Origin: Selaginella moellendorffii
Taxonomy: Eukaryota > Plantae > Lycopodiophyta
DNA: 64,000 nucleotides
Direction of reading: 5' to 3'
Assembly (NCBI RefSeq): GCF_000143415.4
Contig: NW_003314272.1
Location: forward strand, 55,144 to 119,143
Below are positions 23,130-35,029 of the stretch, piece after piece; position 1 is the first letter of the stretch, and each line of letters begins with the position of its first letter. Both the position numbers and the translations under genes were made by a program. The notes below the pieces were generated by a model. The model saw only the letters and a program-made list of their open reading frames with translations. It ran no database searches and was not told the DNA's origin.

Positions 23130-25453
23130 GCATTTCAGAGTATTTACTTAATAAATATTCAGTTTTAAATGGTGATTATTCAGGCAACAGTGATGCTCTG
23201 GCATGGAATTGAAGAGAACTCAACATTCTTCCAAGTGATCTAGCTTCTGGGCCTCAACAACAATTGGTTTTGTTGAGGCATGCTTCTAAAAAGCCTCCAT
23301 GCAGACCCATTACCAGTATGGAATTCCACATCATTAGCTTCCACTTTGGCATTCTTATGAAGACTGCCTTGGCTGCCACATGCCTAGAGCAAGCTTTTTG
23401 GATGTGATAAAAGAGATGCTTCAATACGTTTCCTAAATGGGCATGTAAGTTTCCACATCAAATCCCTCTCAAGCATCTCATCAAACACGCATAGAGATTG
23501 CCCTGTTTGGGCATATGCTGCCAATTGCCTTGCAAGACACTTCATGTCATCTTAAAGAAATACTTGGCTGCCATGCTCCCAATCAGATTTCCTGGTGGTT
23601 GTGGCCTCCAACACTCGCCATTGCTCTAACGCAGATCAAGGGCATCAAGATTCCAGTACTATTGGAATTGTTCATGCAGTCCCATTGGTGTCTTCTTTTG
23701 GCTTATGCAGTGTTCTTTTGGATAGAACTTTGGATCTTGGAGCTTTCAAGCCTTCTTATTCAAAGAAAGAGGAAATCAGTGAAGATTTCTACCTGGATGA
23801 AATGGAGAGTGATGATGGCACTCAAGAGACCAATCTTTTTATGCATTTATTTCCTTTGCTGCATTTGTTAATACTATGGGAAATTCCTGTTTCAGATAGA
23901 GTTTTGCTTAGGGAGATAGTGTGTCATGGAACACAGACTTGTAGAAAATGCCATAAATGCAAAGAGCACCTATGCTGACACCAGATTTCTTGGAACAGCC
24001 TCTTGACCGTCCATGCCAAGTCTGTGATTGTCTTTTCCACTTATGAAGAAATAGGATGTTATCTTCTGTAACATAACGCCAAGCAGGTAAATCAATGCAT
24101 GTTTCAAGAAAATTAGATTTCTTTTAATTCTATGATTTCTGTGTATGCTCTGTTGATGACCTAGTATCATGGAGAGCCATGCAGCACATGCCAACAATGG
24201 GCAGAATCCAAGAGGACATATAGGAAATGTCTTTCTGTCACTTCTTGACGTGGCAGGAGCTCACTCATTGTGAGGACACAAATATGCCTAAACATCATAT
24301 GCCTCATGCGCAGCACAGAAGAAATCTCCTCTCGGGGATCTCTCACAGAGGGGCTGGGATATTTTGCAAGGATGTAAATCTATTGTTTTGAGATATTTTT
24401 AATAATTTTGTAAATTTTAAACTTGTTAAATTGTTGTAAATAGAAATATGAATTTTACAAAAGTTGGATTTTTAGTACATGTTCTTTGCTTGTAAGCAAA
24501 CCATTTTTTAACTGCACTAACATGAGTTTTATTTCACCATTTTCAAATGATTCCTCCCATGCTCATTCTGATCTGTCCATATCCCATGAAAGCAGATGGA
24601 AACGTGGTAGTACTCCAAAACATAACATCTCCAGCATCTCATGGTGTTCTTCAGTATTGGGAGAAGCTTCTTCACGCTTGGCCTCAGCCTCACCTGTGGA
24701 GAGAAGAACCACACAGATCAAACAAATAGTAAAGCCATGAACATACCTCAAATGGTAGGAGTGTCTCGTCTTGCAGAAGGAAAGCTCGCACAACTAAAAC
24801 CAAGAAAAACAAAGTGAGCCAGTTGAGGAGAAAGAGAAGAGGAAAAAACTTGCCTCAAGCCGCTTGAGAAAAAGTTTGCGATTTTTTCTTCAATATTTTC
24901 ATTAGCACCACCTCCAGCCTTGGACATCATCCTGGCACACCCTGTGAGCAGCAGAACCAAAACATACAGGGTAAAAGAGAGAAAAAGTAATGAGCACCTT
25001 CCTCTGCGACGAAGACCCCATCTCTTTAGCGCATAGCTGAAACTTTTAACCAAAGGTCCTCACTTTTATTTCCCTTTATATAAGTTTTCTAGAGCACAAG
25101 GTGGGTAGTCTCTCTTGCCAACTGGCTCTTCAGTGGCCGAGCGAGACGATGATGAGCGTCTCTGAGCAACTGGAGCGCGGAAGAAACTCGTCATGTGAAA
25201 CATCTTCTAAGTGGAGGAATTCAAGGAGTTATGGGACAACGCCCACATTGCAATGATAACAATCTCATGTAGGACTTACAAGGTCCATCCTAGAGACTCT
25301 TTGTAAAATTTGGTCATGCTAAAACGCGTGTTTCAGTCAATGTCTTAGCTTTATAACTTGTTGATTGTCTATTCAGGAATATACCAAAACCTGATTTGGC
25401 GGGTTGGCAGCGAAGAAACGAGAGACCACGCGAAAGCGGCTAGACTTTGTCTT

Positions 25454-28400
25454 ATGGACTTGCTCCCAGATCTGGATCTATTTGATACTTCCACTGAACA
25501 GGTTTCCTTGTTTCAAGATAAAAAGCCGCCTATTGTTCTCTTTACAGCGGAGAGATGCTGGACTCACAAAAGAAGATGTTGAGAGATGTATTGTAGATGA
25601 AAATGTGGGCGAACTAGACCGTTTGAAGATGTTCCTTTCACCGACAGCTCATCAGGTTTACCCTCCCTAGAAGTGGTGAAAGGTTGTTGGAAATTTTGCT
25701 GCAGCTTCAACAAAGCTGCGCAGTAGCTAAGCTTCCGACAACGTTCCAAGAGTACGGACTACGTGCATATCACGCTCTGATTCCCACGATCAACAGTTCC
25801 CTGGAGCGTTTCAATGCACAAATGCAAGTGAGTGCTCTAATGATATCTTTGATGCATTGATCGGGCTGAGACACTGTAGGTCGCAGTAGGGGAGGCGGTG
25901 AATAGGATTATTCAAAATGGCACGTTTACAAAAGATGTATGCTCTGCCAGTTCCTCAAACATTCGTCTAAAAACATCACAGGTAGTGGGAAGACTCCTGC
26001 CTACAATAATGACTATGCTGACGTCAACTCGGCCAGATGCTGTTGTGTACGCTTGGCTTGAGGCTCTTTGCTCGTTAGTGCCTTTTCTACCTCGAAAGGT
26101 AGTGTGGACAAGGTTTCACCATTTTAGACATTTCGTTTTGACAGGTCCTCACTGAAAGTTTGCTAAAATTGGCTCTATCTAAAGGACAGCCTGACGAGTC
26201 GTCCCAGACAAAAATTCTTTGTGCTCGAATATATGGCTCAACCGCACCCTCCTTAGAAGGAAAATATGTCGAACAAACTTTCCTACAAAAAGCCATGGCA
26301 CTTTGTCAGGTTTGAAATACCAAACCAAACGGTATGGGTACCCCCAGAGCACACTGCCTACTGTGTGCAGGATACGGATTCAGAGGTTCGGGTCTGCATG
26401 TGTCGACAGCTGTATCCATTGTCACGGACGGTTGGATTGGACACAGCCGAGGTATGTTCGTTGAGCCATTGTATTAAGGAAGCTATATTTATCTTCTCTG
26501 CAGAGGGTCGTGCTGCCAGAGCTTTGTGAACTGCTAAGAGATGAGGAAATTCCTGTCCAACATGCATCACTTAAATGTCTATTGGAAATGCTGAGCATGT
26601 TCCCGCCAGAGACGAAACAGTTGAAGATCTTTCCAATCATTCGTTCGTGCGCACAGCATTTTCATTTCTGGTGTTTGCAGTTTATTTGTAGCTAGATGCA
26701 GGTTTTGTGTGCAGCAGGAATCGGAAATGCTTCTGTCTTTGCTGCCGTTTCTTGGAGAAATCCTTGTGAAGGTGCGACACCATCAACATAAAAATCTACT
26801 AAAATAAGAGTTGCAGATGGGACCAGAATTAAAAGAGGAGGATGTGCAGGTTCTTGTGGACTCGTTCAGGTTATTTTGTAGTCACGAAGATGAGAACATA
26901 AGACGAGTAAGCTTAAGTTTCTAAAGCGCGTACGTCTGTATTGACGAAGTTGTCTCCTTTAAGCTCTGTGCATACAATTTCCCAGCCGTGATGAAGTGCA
27001 TGGGCCCACGAAAGCATGTGTGGGGATTGCAAGCAATGTATTTGCACCTCTTTCATGATCCAATGCCCAGAGTTCGCGCTTCAATCGCGGCATCCTTTCA
27101 CGAGGTTGAGTTTGTCATGTCTGGTTTTGATTTTGTTTCGACTACCAATTTAGATTACGAAGATGCTGGGAAAGGACAAGACATCTTTGTATCTGAAGGA
27201 ACCGTTGATTCTTTTGCTTAAAGATACGTCACGAGAGGTACAAGGGTCCCTGCTACCAATTCTCCAGCATGTTTTAGGTGAGTAGAAAGATAAAGAGTTT
27301 CGTATTTTTTATGATGCAGGGATATATTGGTTCTTAACAGGGCAGTTCTCAAGTTCGGGTGAGCACCAAAGATTGGCAACATATGGTGCAATTATTCCAT
27401 ACTTGTTGCAGATGGAAAAGGCTATTAGTAGCACCCACCAGTGGCGTTTACAACTTGATCTTCTTAATGCGTTTCCTCAGCTGCCTGTCGGACTTTCGCT
27501 GGAGAATTATTTCTAGCTACTGAATCTCATATTGCTTCTGCAGGACTATGTTTCCAGCGACCAAATCTTTGAGTACTTCGTACCTATTTGCTTTAGATAT
27601 ATGTCGGACGGGGCGTTGCCAGTTAGATCAGCGGCAACGCTATCTCTTGCAATATTTATACGGTGTGTTTTGTTGCATGCACAAGAATCCTTGCTCACTA
27701 GTTCTTTCTGCAGCCATAATAAACGAACATCCCAGCGTTATGACTTATCACAAAGAGTGATAAAAGACTTCGCAAATGGGCAAAGCTACTGGTCGCGTTT
27801 GGTGTTTATAGAGTTTTGCGAGAGCATGTTGAAGTTCGTCTGCTGTGCTTAAGCCTTGTCATGCTTCATGAAGCTCGGGGTTTTGCAGGACATCAAGCTC
27901 ACAAATGTTCAAAGAACACTTTCTTGAATCAGCAATAGTTGTCCTACAGGTCTGCTCTATGATAAACGTGGAACATGGATTTATCCCTCGGTACAGGATG
28001 CCGTGGCCAGTGTTCGCATGCGAGCGTGCCTACTCATACCTTTGTTAAAAGCAGCCATCAAGCTTCCAGATGATGTCCAGGCACTAGAGCGAATAAACTT
28101 TTTTGCAACACAACGGCTTAATGACAACGATCGCCATGTTGCATCCGTCGCTCGTAGCATTGCGGACTGCCTGAAGCACGCGAACATCAGGCTCCCCGGA
28201 AACGAGAAGTTCTCGCAGGTGCGGAACACCCTAATAACTCCGTGTATTCATGAACGTAGACGCGCAGGCCGAATTTGAAGCCATTGACAAGCAAAAGGAA
28301 GAAGAGGAGTGGAACATGCTGAGCAAGGAAGAGCAAGTAAATTTTGTTTTATATTTGTATCATTGTATAGTTGTTTTGGCAGGATGAGAAGAGGAAGTTG

Positions 28401-28703
28401 GATGATGTACTTCATAGGATGAAGCTGGAACCTCACAAAAGGACCGGACATGCCACCGGTACGTCCACGGCGCGAATGCCCTCCAAAGTCACTGGCAGTC
28501 CCAGTGTCAAAGTAAAAGCTGCTGCACCTGGAGTGTTGAGCTCGGGCGGCAAGCAGAAATCTCCTCCTGCTGCCACCGCTCCTGGCTCGGTCAAAGCGCC
28601 CAACTCAGCGAGACTAGAGTCGGAATCCGAGTCGAGTGACGTCTTCTCTCTACCACAAGCGCGGCCTCAAAGCAAGGCCAAAGCTGGGGTAAGGAGAAGC
28701 TGA
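25454..28703 (+). CDS. HEAT-repeat protein similar to protein phosphatase 4 regulatory subunit 4 (PPP4R4-like), many short introns
   Basis: TKEDVERCIVDENVGELDR, AWLEALCSLVPFLP, QDTDSEVRVCMCRQL and VLPELCELLRDEE parallel animal PP4R4 (TPEEIERLTVDE, AWLETLLSVIEVLP, CQDVEYEVRSCMCRQL, VLPELIELSRDE). Confidence 0.75.
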
Positions 28704-29067
28704 AAATCGAACGGTCATAATACTAAAGCCTAAACCGGTGCGCCTCTAGCTAGGGTTATGCGACTGCAATGATTCAGTGGAAACGAACGCTTCGTAATGT
28801 TCCTGGCATTAGAGGCCTAGCCAGTAGAGTGGGAGGAGACGCTATAAATCATCCAGGTGCTTCTTCCAGCTCGGAGGACAGTGCCCTGCAAAGAGCTTGG
28901 GATGCTGTGGTTGACACCTGGAACTTCATTACCCGGAAGGCTAGGTATGCATTGCGGGGAGGGAGACTTCTTGTGAGCGGCGGGCGGCTTTTAAGAGGAT
29001 TCTTCTAGGAGCGACACAAATGGCCTGTGTGTTTCCTCCTTTCTTTCATCATCATTGATGAAGAGCT

Positions 29068-31011
29068 ATGGGAGACGCGTCGGATCCCTTTGACAAGCTT
29101 CCAGATGAGGTCTACCAGCTCATCTTCCACGCGATCTGTGACTGCAAAAGCCTGGTACGCTGCATGGCAGTTTCCAGAGCATTCAAAGAACAATCCGAGC
29201 GTGTCTCGACACTCTGCATCGTTTGCCCGGGCCAGTTCACATCTTATGTTGATAAGCTGCAGCGGATTTTCATGATGGTGAGACGATTCCACAGCTTGGA
29301 AGCTCTCGTTGTTAGAGTTGGGCAACCGAAAGACGAGCCTCCCTCGTGGGCGAGGTGCATGAGATATGCAGAAATTGGATCGTTCGTGGAGAAGTTTATC
29401 TTCATGGCGGCCAAAATTGGCGAGTTTTCAGAGTTTGATTCAGCCTTGCGGGGTCACCCTGTCCACAGAAAAGAGCGGGAGAGCTCGTCAGAAGGCGAAG
29501 GTGAGGCCGTTAGGATGGACAGAGACAGCGTGACGAGCGGCGGGAACAGCTCGACAACTCGCAGTCCTTTGGACGAGGAGGAAAAGGAAGATGAGGATTG
29601 CTCTTGGCCGTTGTCTGACGAGCAGATTTATCCGCAGTTGATCCTGAGGCAAGTTGTGGCTCCCAGCAACGACGTGCTGAAGAGGATGGTGCCCGTTATA
29701 GTATTTGCTATTGTGCAAGGACTGGATGAATTTCGTGATTCAGTGCCAGCATTTGTTCACAAGTTTAAGAAGCTCAAAATGTTTCTACTTGTGGACATGC
29801 TAGAAAGTGTGACGGTTCTCATGCGCGAACACCATATTCAGCAAATTAGAATACGGCAGCAACAAGTGGACGACAGTAAGGACGTAAAAGGCAAGAGTGT
29901 GAATGCGGGTGAGGAGTGTAGCAGCGACTTGATGCAGAAAGGAAAGGAGTGGCTTGAAAGCGACGAAAACAGAGCTTGCAGCTCACGTCGTAAACAAGAT
30001 CAAGGGGAGAGCTCAGGAAGCCAAGGAAATTATGAGGACGAAGAAGATAACGAGGAGGAGCTGAGTCACAGTTCCGAGGGCTGTGCCACGACCCTGGAAG
30101 GAGGAGATAACCAGAGGACTCCCTTTGACGACGCATCGGAGACGTGGAGAAACTGCAAAGGGATTTGCATTCATGGACCGGGCGATAGCAGGGGCGAGCT
30201 CGCTTTCAAGTATCCATTTAAGCGAACTGGTAGAGGGACCAGAGACAACAGGTCTGTTCGAATTGGGAGCTACCGTAGGCGAGAACGCAGTGCAGAATGG
30301 ATGGATGAAAGCGTGAGGAGGCGGCAAGAAAGCAGACACTACAAAGGGCTCAGTTTAAGGAGGAGAGAAGAAAGCAGAGCGTTCAAGACGTGGAAGCTTG
30401 GAAAAAGAGAGCGAGAAAATGGTGACGGCGACGGGAGTTACAGCGCTCAAAGTGTACTGGAGTCTTCCTGTGCATCGTCTTCTTCCCACGCTGACAGTGG
30501 AAGCTACGCTTCTGGAGAGACTTCGGACGGGGTTAGCGCTTCCTTGGATCATCCTTTAGCGTCTTCATGTCCTGCCGAAGGGGCGACGCGGGATTATCAC
30601 ATGGGAGAGAGGTTATCACACGGGAACATGGAGGCATGGAGTGAAACGTGGAACGAGAGACTAGGACGCAGAGCTCGTGAGCTTCCGAGGGAGATGGGGG
30701 GCAATGAGAGTGCTACTGATGTCGGCAGGGAAGCCTTGAGACGTGAGAGGCTACGGGAGGGCGTCCGGAAGAGGCAAATGGAAATTGAAAGAGAAGCGCT
30801 GAGGTTTGATATCACGTTCTGGAGAGCCGATGAGGTTGTTGCTCGCAGCAACTACAGTCTCACGGACGTTTCAATGTGCATTGCAACACATGACGCTAGC
30901 CCACTGTCCATCTCCGAATCGAAGACTCTAGTGTGCTCAGCCCTTGCTGGCCCGCTCCTAGCCGCCACCATTGCTCATGTAAATGAACAAGCAAGTTTCC
31001 ATAACTTGTAA
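29068..31011 (+). CDS. F-box protein (At4g18380/At5g46170/AUF-like family) with a long low-complexity insertion; possible extra 5' exon at 28769-28944
   Basis: 647-aa ORF. The N-terminal DPFDKLPDEVYQLIFHAICDCKSLVRCMAVSRAF is an F-box, and family-like blocks flank the insertion. Confidence 0.8.
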   Translation: MGDASDPFDKLPDEVYQLIFHAICDCKSLVRCMAVSRAFKEQSERVSTLCIVCPGQFTSYVDKLQRIFMMVRRFHSLEALVVRVGQPKDEPPSWARCMRYAEIGSFVEKFIFMAAKIGEFSEFDSALRGHPVHRKERESSSEGEGEAVRMDRDSVTSGGNSSTTRSPLDEEEKEDEDCSWPLSDEQIYPQLILRQVVAPSNDVLKRMVPVIVFAIVQGLDEFRDSVPAFVHKFKKLKMFLLVDMLESVTVLMREHHIQQIRIRQQQVDDSKDVKGKSVNAGEECSSDLMQKGKEWLESDENRACSSRRKQDQGESSGSQGNYEDEEDNEEELSHSSEGCATTLEGGDNQRTPFDDASETWRNCKGICIHGPGDSRGELAFKYPFKRTGRGTRDNRSVRIGSYRRRERSAEWMDESVRRRQESRHYKGLSLRRREESRAFKTWKLGKRERENGDGDGSYSAQSVLESSCASSSSHADSGSYASGETSDGVSASLDHPLASSCPAEGATRDYHMGERLSHGNMEAWSETWNERLGRRARELPREMGGNESATDVGREALRRERLREGVRKRQMEIEREALRFDITFWRADEVVARSNYSLTDVSMCIATHDASPLSISESKTLVCSALAGPLLAATIAHVNEQASFHNL

Positions 31012-31065
31012 TACTTTAAGAATCTGTCCTCAAAAATGAAGTGATAAACACGTGAGGACCTACGT

Positions 31066-32587
31066 TCAGGTGCCATAGTAAACGTAGCCGCTGCTGTATT
31101 GTGATCCGTAAGCACTGGGACTGTAGCTCATTCCCGACGCGTACAGGGTGTTTTGAGTTGTATAACTGTAGTCGGAGGTGGTGCAAGTGGTTGCTGCAGT
31201 TGTTCCTGCAGCTCCTGCCATGAAATTCTAGAGAAGAGAAAGCACGAGAGGCGTGGAATCTCAGTGACAACTTCAACGAACCTGAAGCAACTGTTGTGCT
31301 GTTTGAACTTGAGTCGACTGCCCGTGCACTTCGATTGTCATCTCTCCTGGGGCATTGGGAGTCTCTTGTATGCTAATGGTTGCTCCACTTGTCCGCCGCA
31401 TGTAGTTGATATTGGCCCCGGCAGTTCCAATGATTGCATCTGCGTACAAGAGGGGGACCTGGAGCTGCTGACTCACAGTCTACGATTGAACAAAAGGCTT
31501 TGTGAGCAAGCGAAACCTGTAAGTTGTTTACCTCGGCAGGTGCCGCTGGCGTGGTGCTTGTTACATCCACCCGACCAGGATCACCACCATACACGGAGAC
31601 AGCATAATGTTGGCTTTGCGCCTGATCCGCATAGTAGTCGGTTGACGAGTAAGGTGTGGTAGCAGCGACTGTGGGGGTAGCCCATGAAGTAGCAATAGCA
31701 GCAGCTTGCTGTCCTTGTACTTGGCTCGACATAGCGCGCTGTAATTCACCGTTATGAACTTTGTATCCAATGGATCTGGATCCAGCAAAACTCACATTGA
31801 ACTCAAACAGCTGGAGCACGGATCGGTCCACGAGAAACTTGCGCAAATGAGAGACCACAAGCTCCATGGCTTTCTGCACCTTCAAGATTTCGCCTTGGAC
31901 TTCCACCATCCTGTCGTCCGCTAACGCACAAAGTGGGAGCTCCTCTGAGACAACAAGGGTTAACAGCACGTAGCACAAAAGGGCACGAACCAACTGGCAT
32001 GATTCGGACTGTAGCACCCGAGGTCTCCTGTATGGACCTGATTGTCGCACCTTGTCTTCCAATCAGGCTACCAGCTTGTGTAGCGGTGACGAGAAGGCGA
32101 GACTGAACGAGGCCCGAGGGCAAAATGATGTGCTCAACAGGTTCACCGTCGCCACTGGAGCCCTCTGTAACTCGCCGATGGACCCGGAGTAGGCCGTCCA
32201 TTGCGGGTGAGATAGTTGCTTCGGGATCCTCCTTGGCGGAAACGAGCACCTGCACAAGTTGCATTGCATGGCTGGATGCCAAAACTGGCAAAGGCTACGT
32301 ACGATGCGCTCTAGCGTTCCTGGTACACCGTCGAGAATTTTGATGCGCGACCTTGTTTCCTCGCACATTCTCTTGACAAACTCGCCCTTGCGCCCAATAA
32401 TTGCACCAACCTTGTGAAGAGGGACAATGAGCCTAAAGACATTATCCCCTGGCCAGCCGGGCCATTTTCTCTCTCCCGGGGGCGTTTCCTCCTGGGAGCC
32501 AGCGACGGTGCTTGGTAGAGTTACACTGGCAGGGTCCTCGAAGTGTAGGAGGTCGACCGGCTCTCCGATAATCACCGAGCACGCCAT
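31066..32587 (-). CDS. Triple-KH RNA-binding protein, FLK/PEPPER-like
   Basis: [56 protein letters not shown] and [22 protein letters not shown]. Confidence 0.9.
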
Positions 32588-32789
32588 TCAGGCGCTCTAG
32601 CGAACTCGACAAGAGGAAATGGGAAGAAGAGGCAAACCATGAACAGTGCTATGCCGCCGGAGGCGCTCCATACTTTGCCCTCAAAACCTGGAGCACACAC
32701 AACTAACTTGTGCCACGCGAATATTCCCAGATCTTCATGTGTTTTTTAAAAGAGACAATATCACACAAGACAAGTCAGGACATGCCGGA

Positions 32790-34478
32790 TCAGATGCCCA
32801 ACCGGCAGTTGAGGTACCACAGATGCCATGCCAGCCCGACCAGCATTGCAAGATTTGCAGCAGAGCTGCAGAAGTGCAGCGCCCGGACCCTTGTCATCAC
32901 GTCCCCCAGCTGCGTCCTCCTGGCGTGATCGTCCACACCACTTCCTCCTCCTCGTTCTCCAGGGCCGGGATCCAAAGCCCTGCCTTCCTCCTTCTCTATC
33001 CGTACTTTGTCAAACACACACTGCAGAAACAAGCACAGGCTTAGCGCACAATTCGCAACAGTGGAGGCGCCCACCTTTGTCAGCCGTGGTTCCAGCAGGA
33101 AAGTGTTCAGCAGTGTCACAACCAGGCACCCCGCAAGGTTGTAGCACTGCAGCAGCTCCGACAGGTGGGCACCTGGCGGCGAGTGCAGCAGTATGTGCGT
33201 TGCAAGGAGAAGAGCAATCCCCGACCCAACAATCCTGAAGTAGACGGGGAAAATCTTACTCTGCACCAGGGCGAACTGGTGGCGGGATATGTTGTTGGAG
33301 AGCACGAATCCAGAGATGAAAGTCACCCACAGTGCACTGCCAAACGTGGACGAGAAGAGGAACAAGTGCATCAGGCGAATGAAGGTGGCCACCGACTTAT
33401 GGACCCACTGCTTGCAAATCCGGAGTGCCATCTCTTCAGACTGGTTGAGCTTGGCCATCTTATCGTGAGCCCATGCACCGGCCTGATTCCACGTTCGATT
33501 CACCTTCTCCCGCGCGCTGTTGCCCCACCTTGCCGCTTCTTCTTCAGCCTCGTGCACTTTGAGACAGAGCTTGTTCTTCTCGTCCACAACGGCGTCCTTG
33601 CCGCTCTGTATTGTGCTCATGCCGTAGTTGAAGACTGCCCCCCGTCCAGCATTGAGCTTGAGCCTCACCACGTCGACAATGTGTCCCAACTTCTCCTTTT
33701 GGTTTTCCAAGCTTTCCAAGGACGCCTGCTTGGCCTTGTCATAGTAGGCCTCAACTCGACGCTTGGAGGAATCGAGCGAGCTTCCCAGCTGCTGCTCCTT
33801 GTTGCTGAGCGCGTCGAGCACAGCGGCCTTGGTAACGTCGTAGTAGTCGCGAACCTTTCCCCTTGCCATTTCCAGGCTGGGATGCTCTTCGTGCGGCTCT
33901 AGCTCTGGAAGTTGGTTCCGGAGAAGCCCAAGCCCTTCTGTTGCTTTGTCCATTGCATCTCTGGCCGAGCTCCTTGCACCTTCGAGGTAGTCCTCCAACT
34001 TCTTGAGGTCTTGGTCCTCCGGCGTACCGTGGGAGGCGTCGTAGAAGCCAACGCCTTGGCCCAAGTTGGGCTGGTAGTGCGCAGCCTCCTGAACCCTCTC
34101 CGTGACAGCTCTCGCCAGCTTGCTGCCCAGAGATTGCTGCTCCTCAACGGCTTGATGTGCTACATCGCCGGCGGAGCTCAAGGAGTCGCCGAGCCTGTCT
34201 CGTGCACTGGCCGCTGACTCTGCGCCTCTGCTTGCGCCCTCGCTCACATAATCCGACAGCCTGTCCCGAGCCTCTGAAGCTGCGTCTTGGCCGCGCTTGG
34301 TCGCGGACAAGAGCTTGCCATTGTAATCCTCCTCCGCGTGTTTGTAGGTGGCCGAGACGCTATGGGCCTCCACAACAATCACGTCCTTGTTCATCTTGCG
34401 CACCGTAGGCTCCGGGGACAGAAACATGACGGCACCCAGGGACGAGAGTAACACACACAAGGCTCTAAGATTCATCAT
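32790..34478 (-). CDS. LEA-like helical protein with C-terminal DUF4149/TMEM205-like membrane domain (one probable in-frame intron near 33020-33075)
   Basis: Signal-peptide-like N-terminus, Ala/charged LEA-type helices, and WVTFISGFVLSNNISRHQFALVQSKIFPVYF. Confidence 0.8.
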   Translation of the reverse strand: MMNLRALCVLLSSLGAVMFLSPEPTVRKMNKDVIVVEAHSVSATYKHAEEDYNGKLLSATKRGQDAASEARDRLSDYVSEGASRGAESAASARDRLGDSLSSAGDVAHQAVEEQQSLGSKLARAVTERVQEAAHYQPNLGQGVGFYDASHGTPEDQDLKKLEDYLEGARSSARDAMDKATEGLGLLRNQLPELEPHEEHPSLEMARGKVRDYYDVTKAAVLDALSNKEQQLGSSLDSSKRRVEAYYDKAKQASLESLENQKEKLGHIVDVVRLKLNAGRGAVFNYGMSTIQSGKDAVVDEKNKLCLKVHEAEEEAARWGNSAREKVNRTWNQAGAWAHDKMAKLNQSEEMALRICKQWVHKSVATFIRLMHLFLFSSTFGSALWVTFISGFVLSNNISRHQFALVQSKIFPVYFRIVGSGIALLLATHILLHSPPGAHLSELLQCYNLAGCLVVTLLNTFLLEPRLTKVGASTVANCALSLCLFLQCVFDKVRIEKEEGRALDPGPGERGGGSGVDDHARRTQLGDVMTRVRALHFCSSAANLAMLVGLAWHLWYLNCRLGI

Positions 34479-34545
34479 GGCTACACACTATACCTCGTAT
34501 CTCTTTTGTTGGACGACGACAACGACGACGCCGATGCCTGCCTGG

Positions 34546-34645
34546 NNNNNNNNNNNNNNNNNNNNNNNNNNNNNNNNNNNNNNNNNNNNNNNNNNNNNNN
34601 NNNNNNNNNNNNNNNNNNNNNNNNNNNNNNNNNNNNNNNNNNNNN
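34546..34645. other. Assembly gap (100 N)
   Basis: Run of N. Confidence 1.
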
Positions 34646-35029
34646 GTTCTTGTTCTTGCTCGACCTAAAACAAAGTAGTAGAACCCCGCGCTGCTTGTGC
34701 GTGACAAGTGGCATAGGACGTGGCAACAGGAGAAGTGGCTACAGCCTTTGTTTTCCTTTATTATAGAAACAAGGGGCAAAAAGGAAAAGGCAAAAAAGGT
34801 GGTATTCACAATTATAATATATTTTCCCCTTTCCAGCTCAACGAACACCTCCATGTATTTAGCCCCAAGTTAGCGGAATTGAGTCAAGCAGCAGATCTCG
34901 CTGTGCCGCGACCAAACGTCCTCCCTCGCTTCAATTGCCCATTGCCGCCGCCTCCTAATCCCCTCCTCCTCCGGTGCTCGATGCTGCGACAGGTCAATTG
35001 TGTTGCAGCCGCGGCAGATTGTATCAAGG

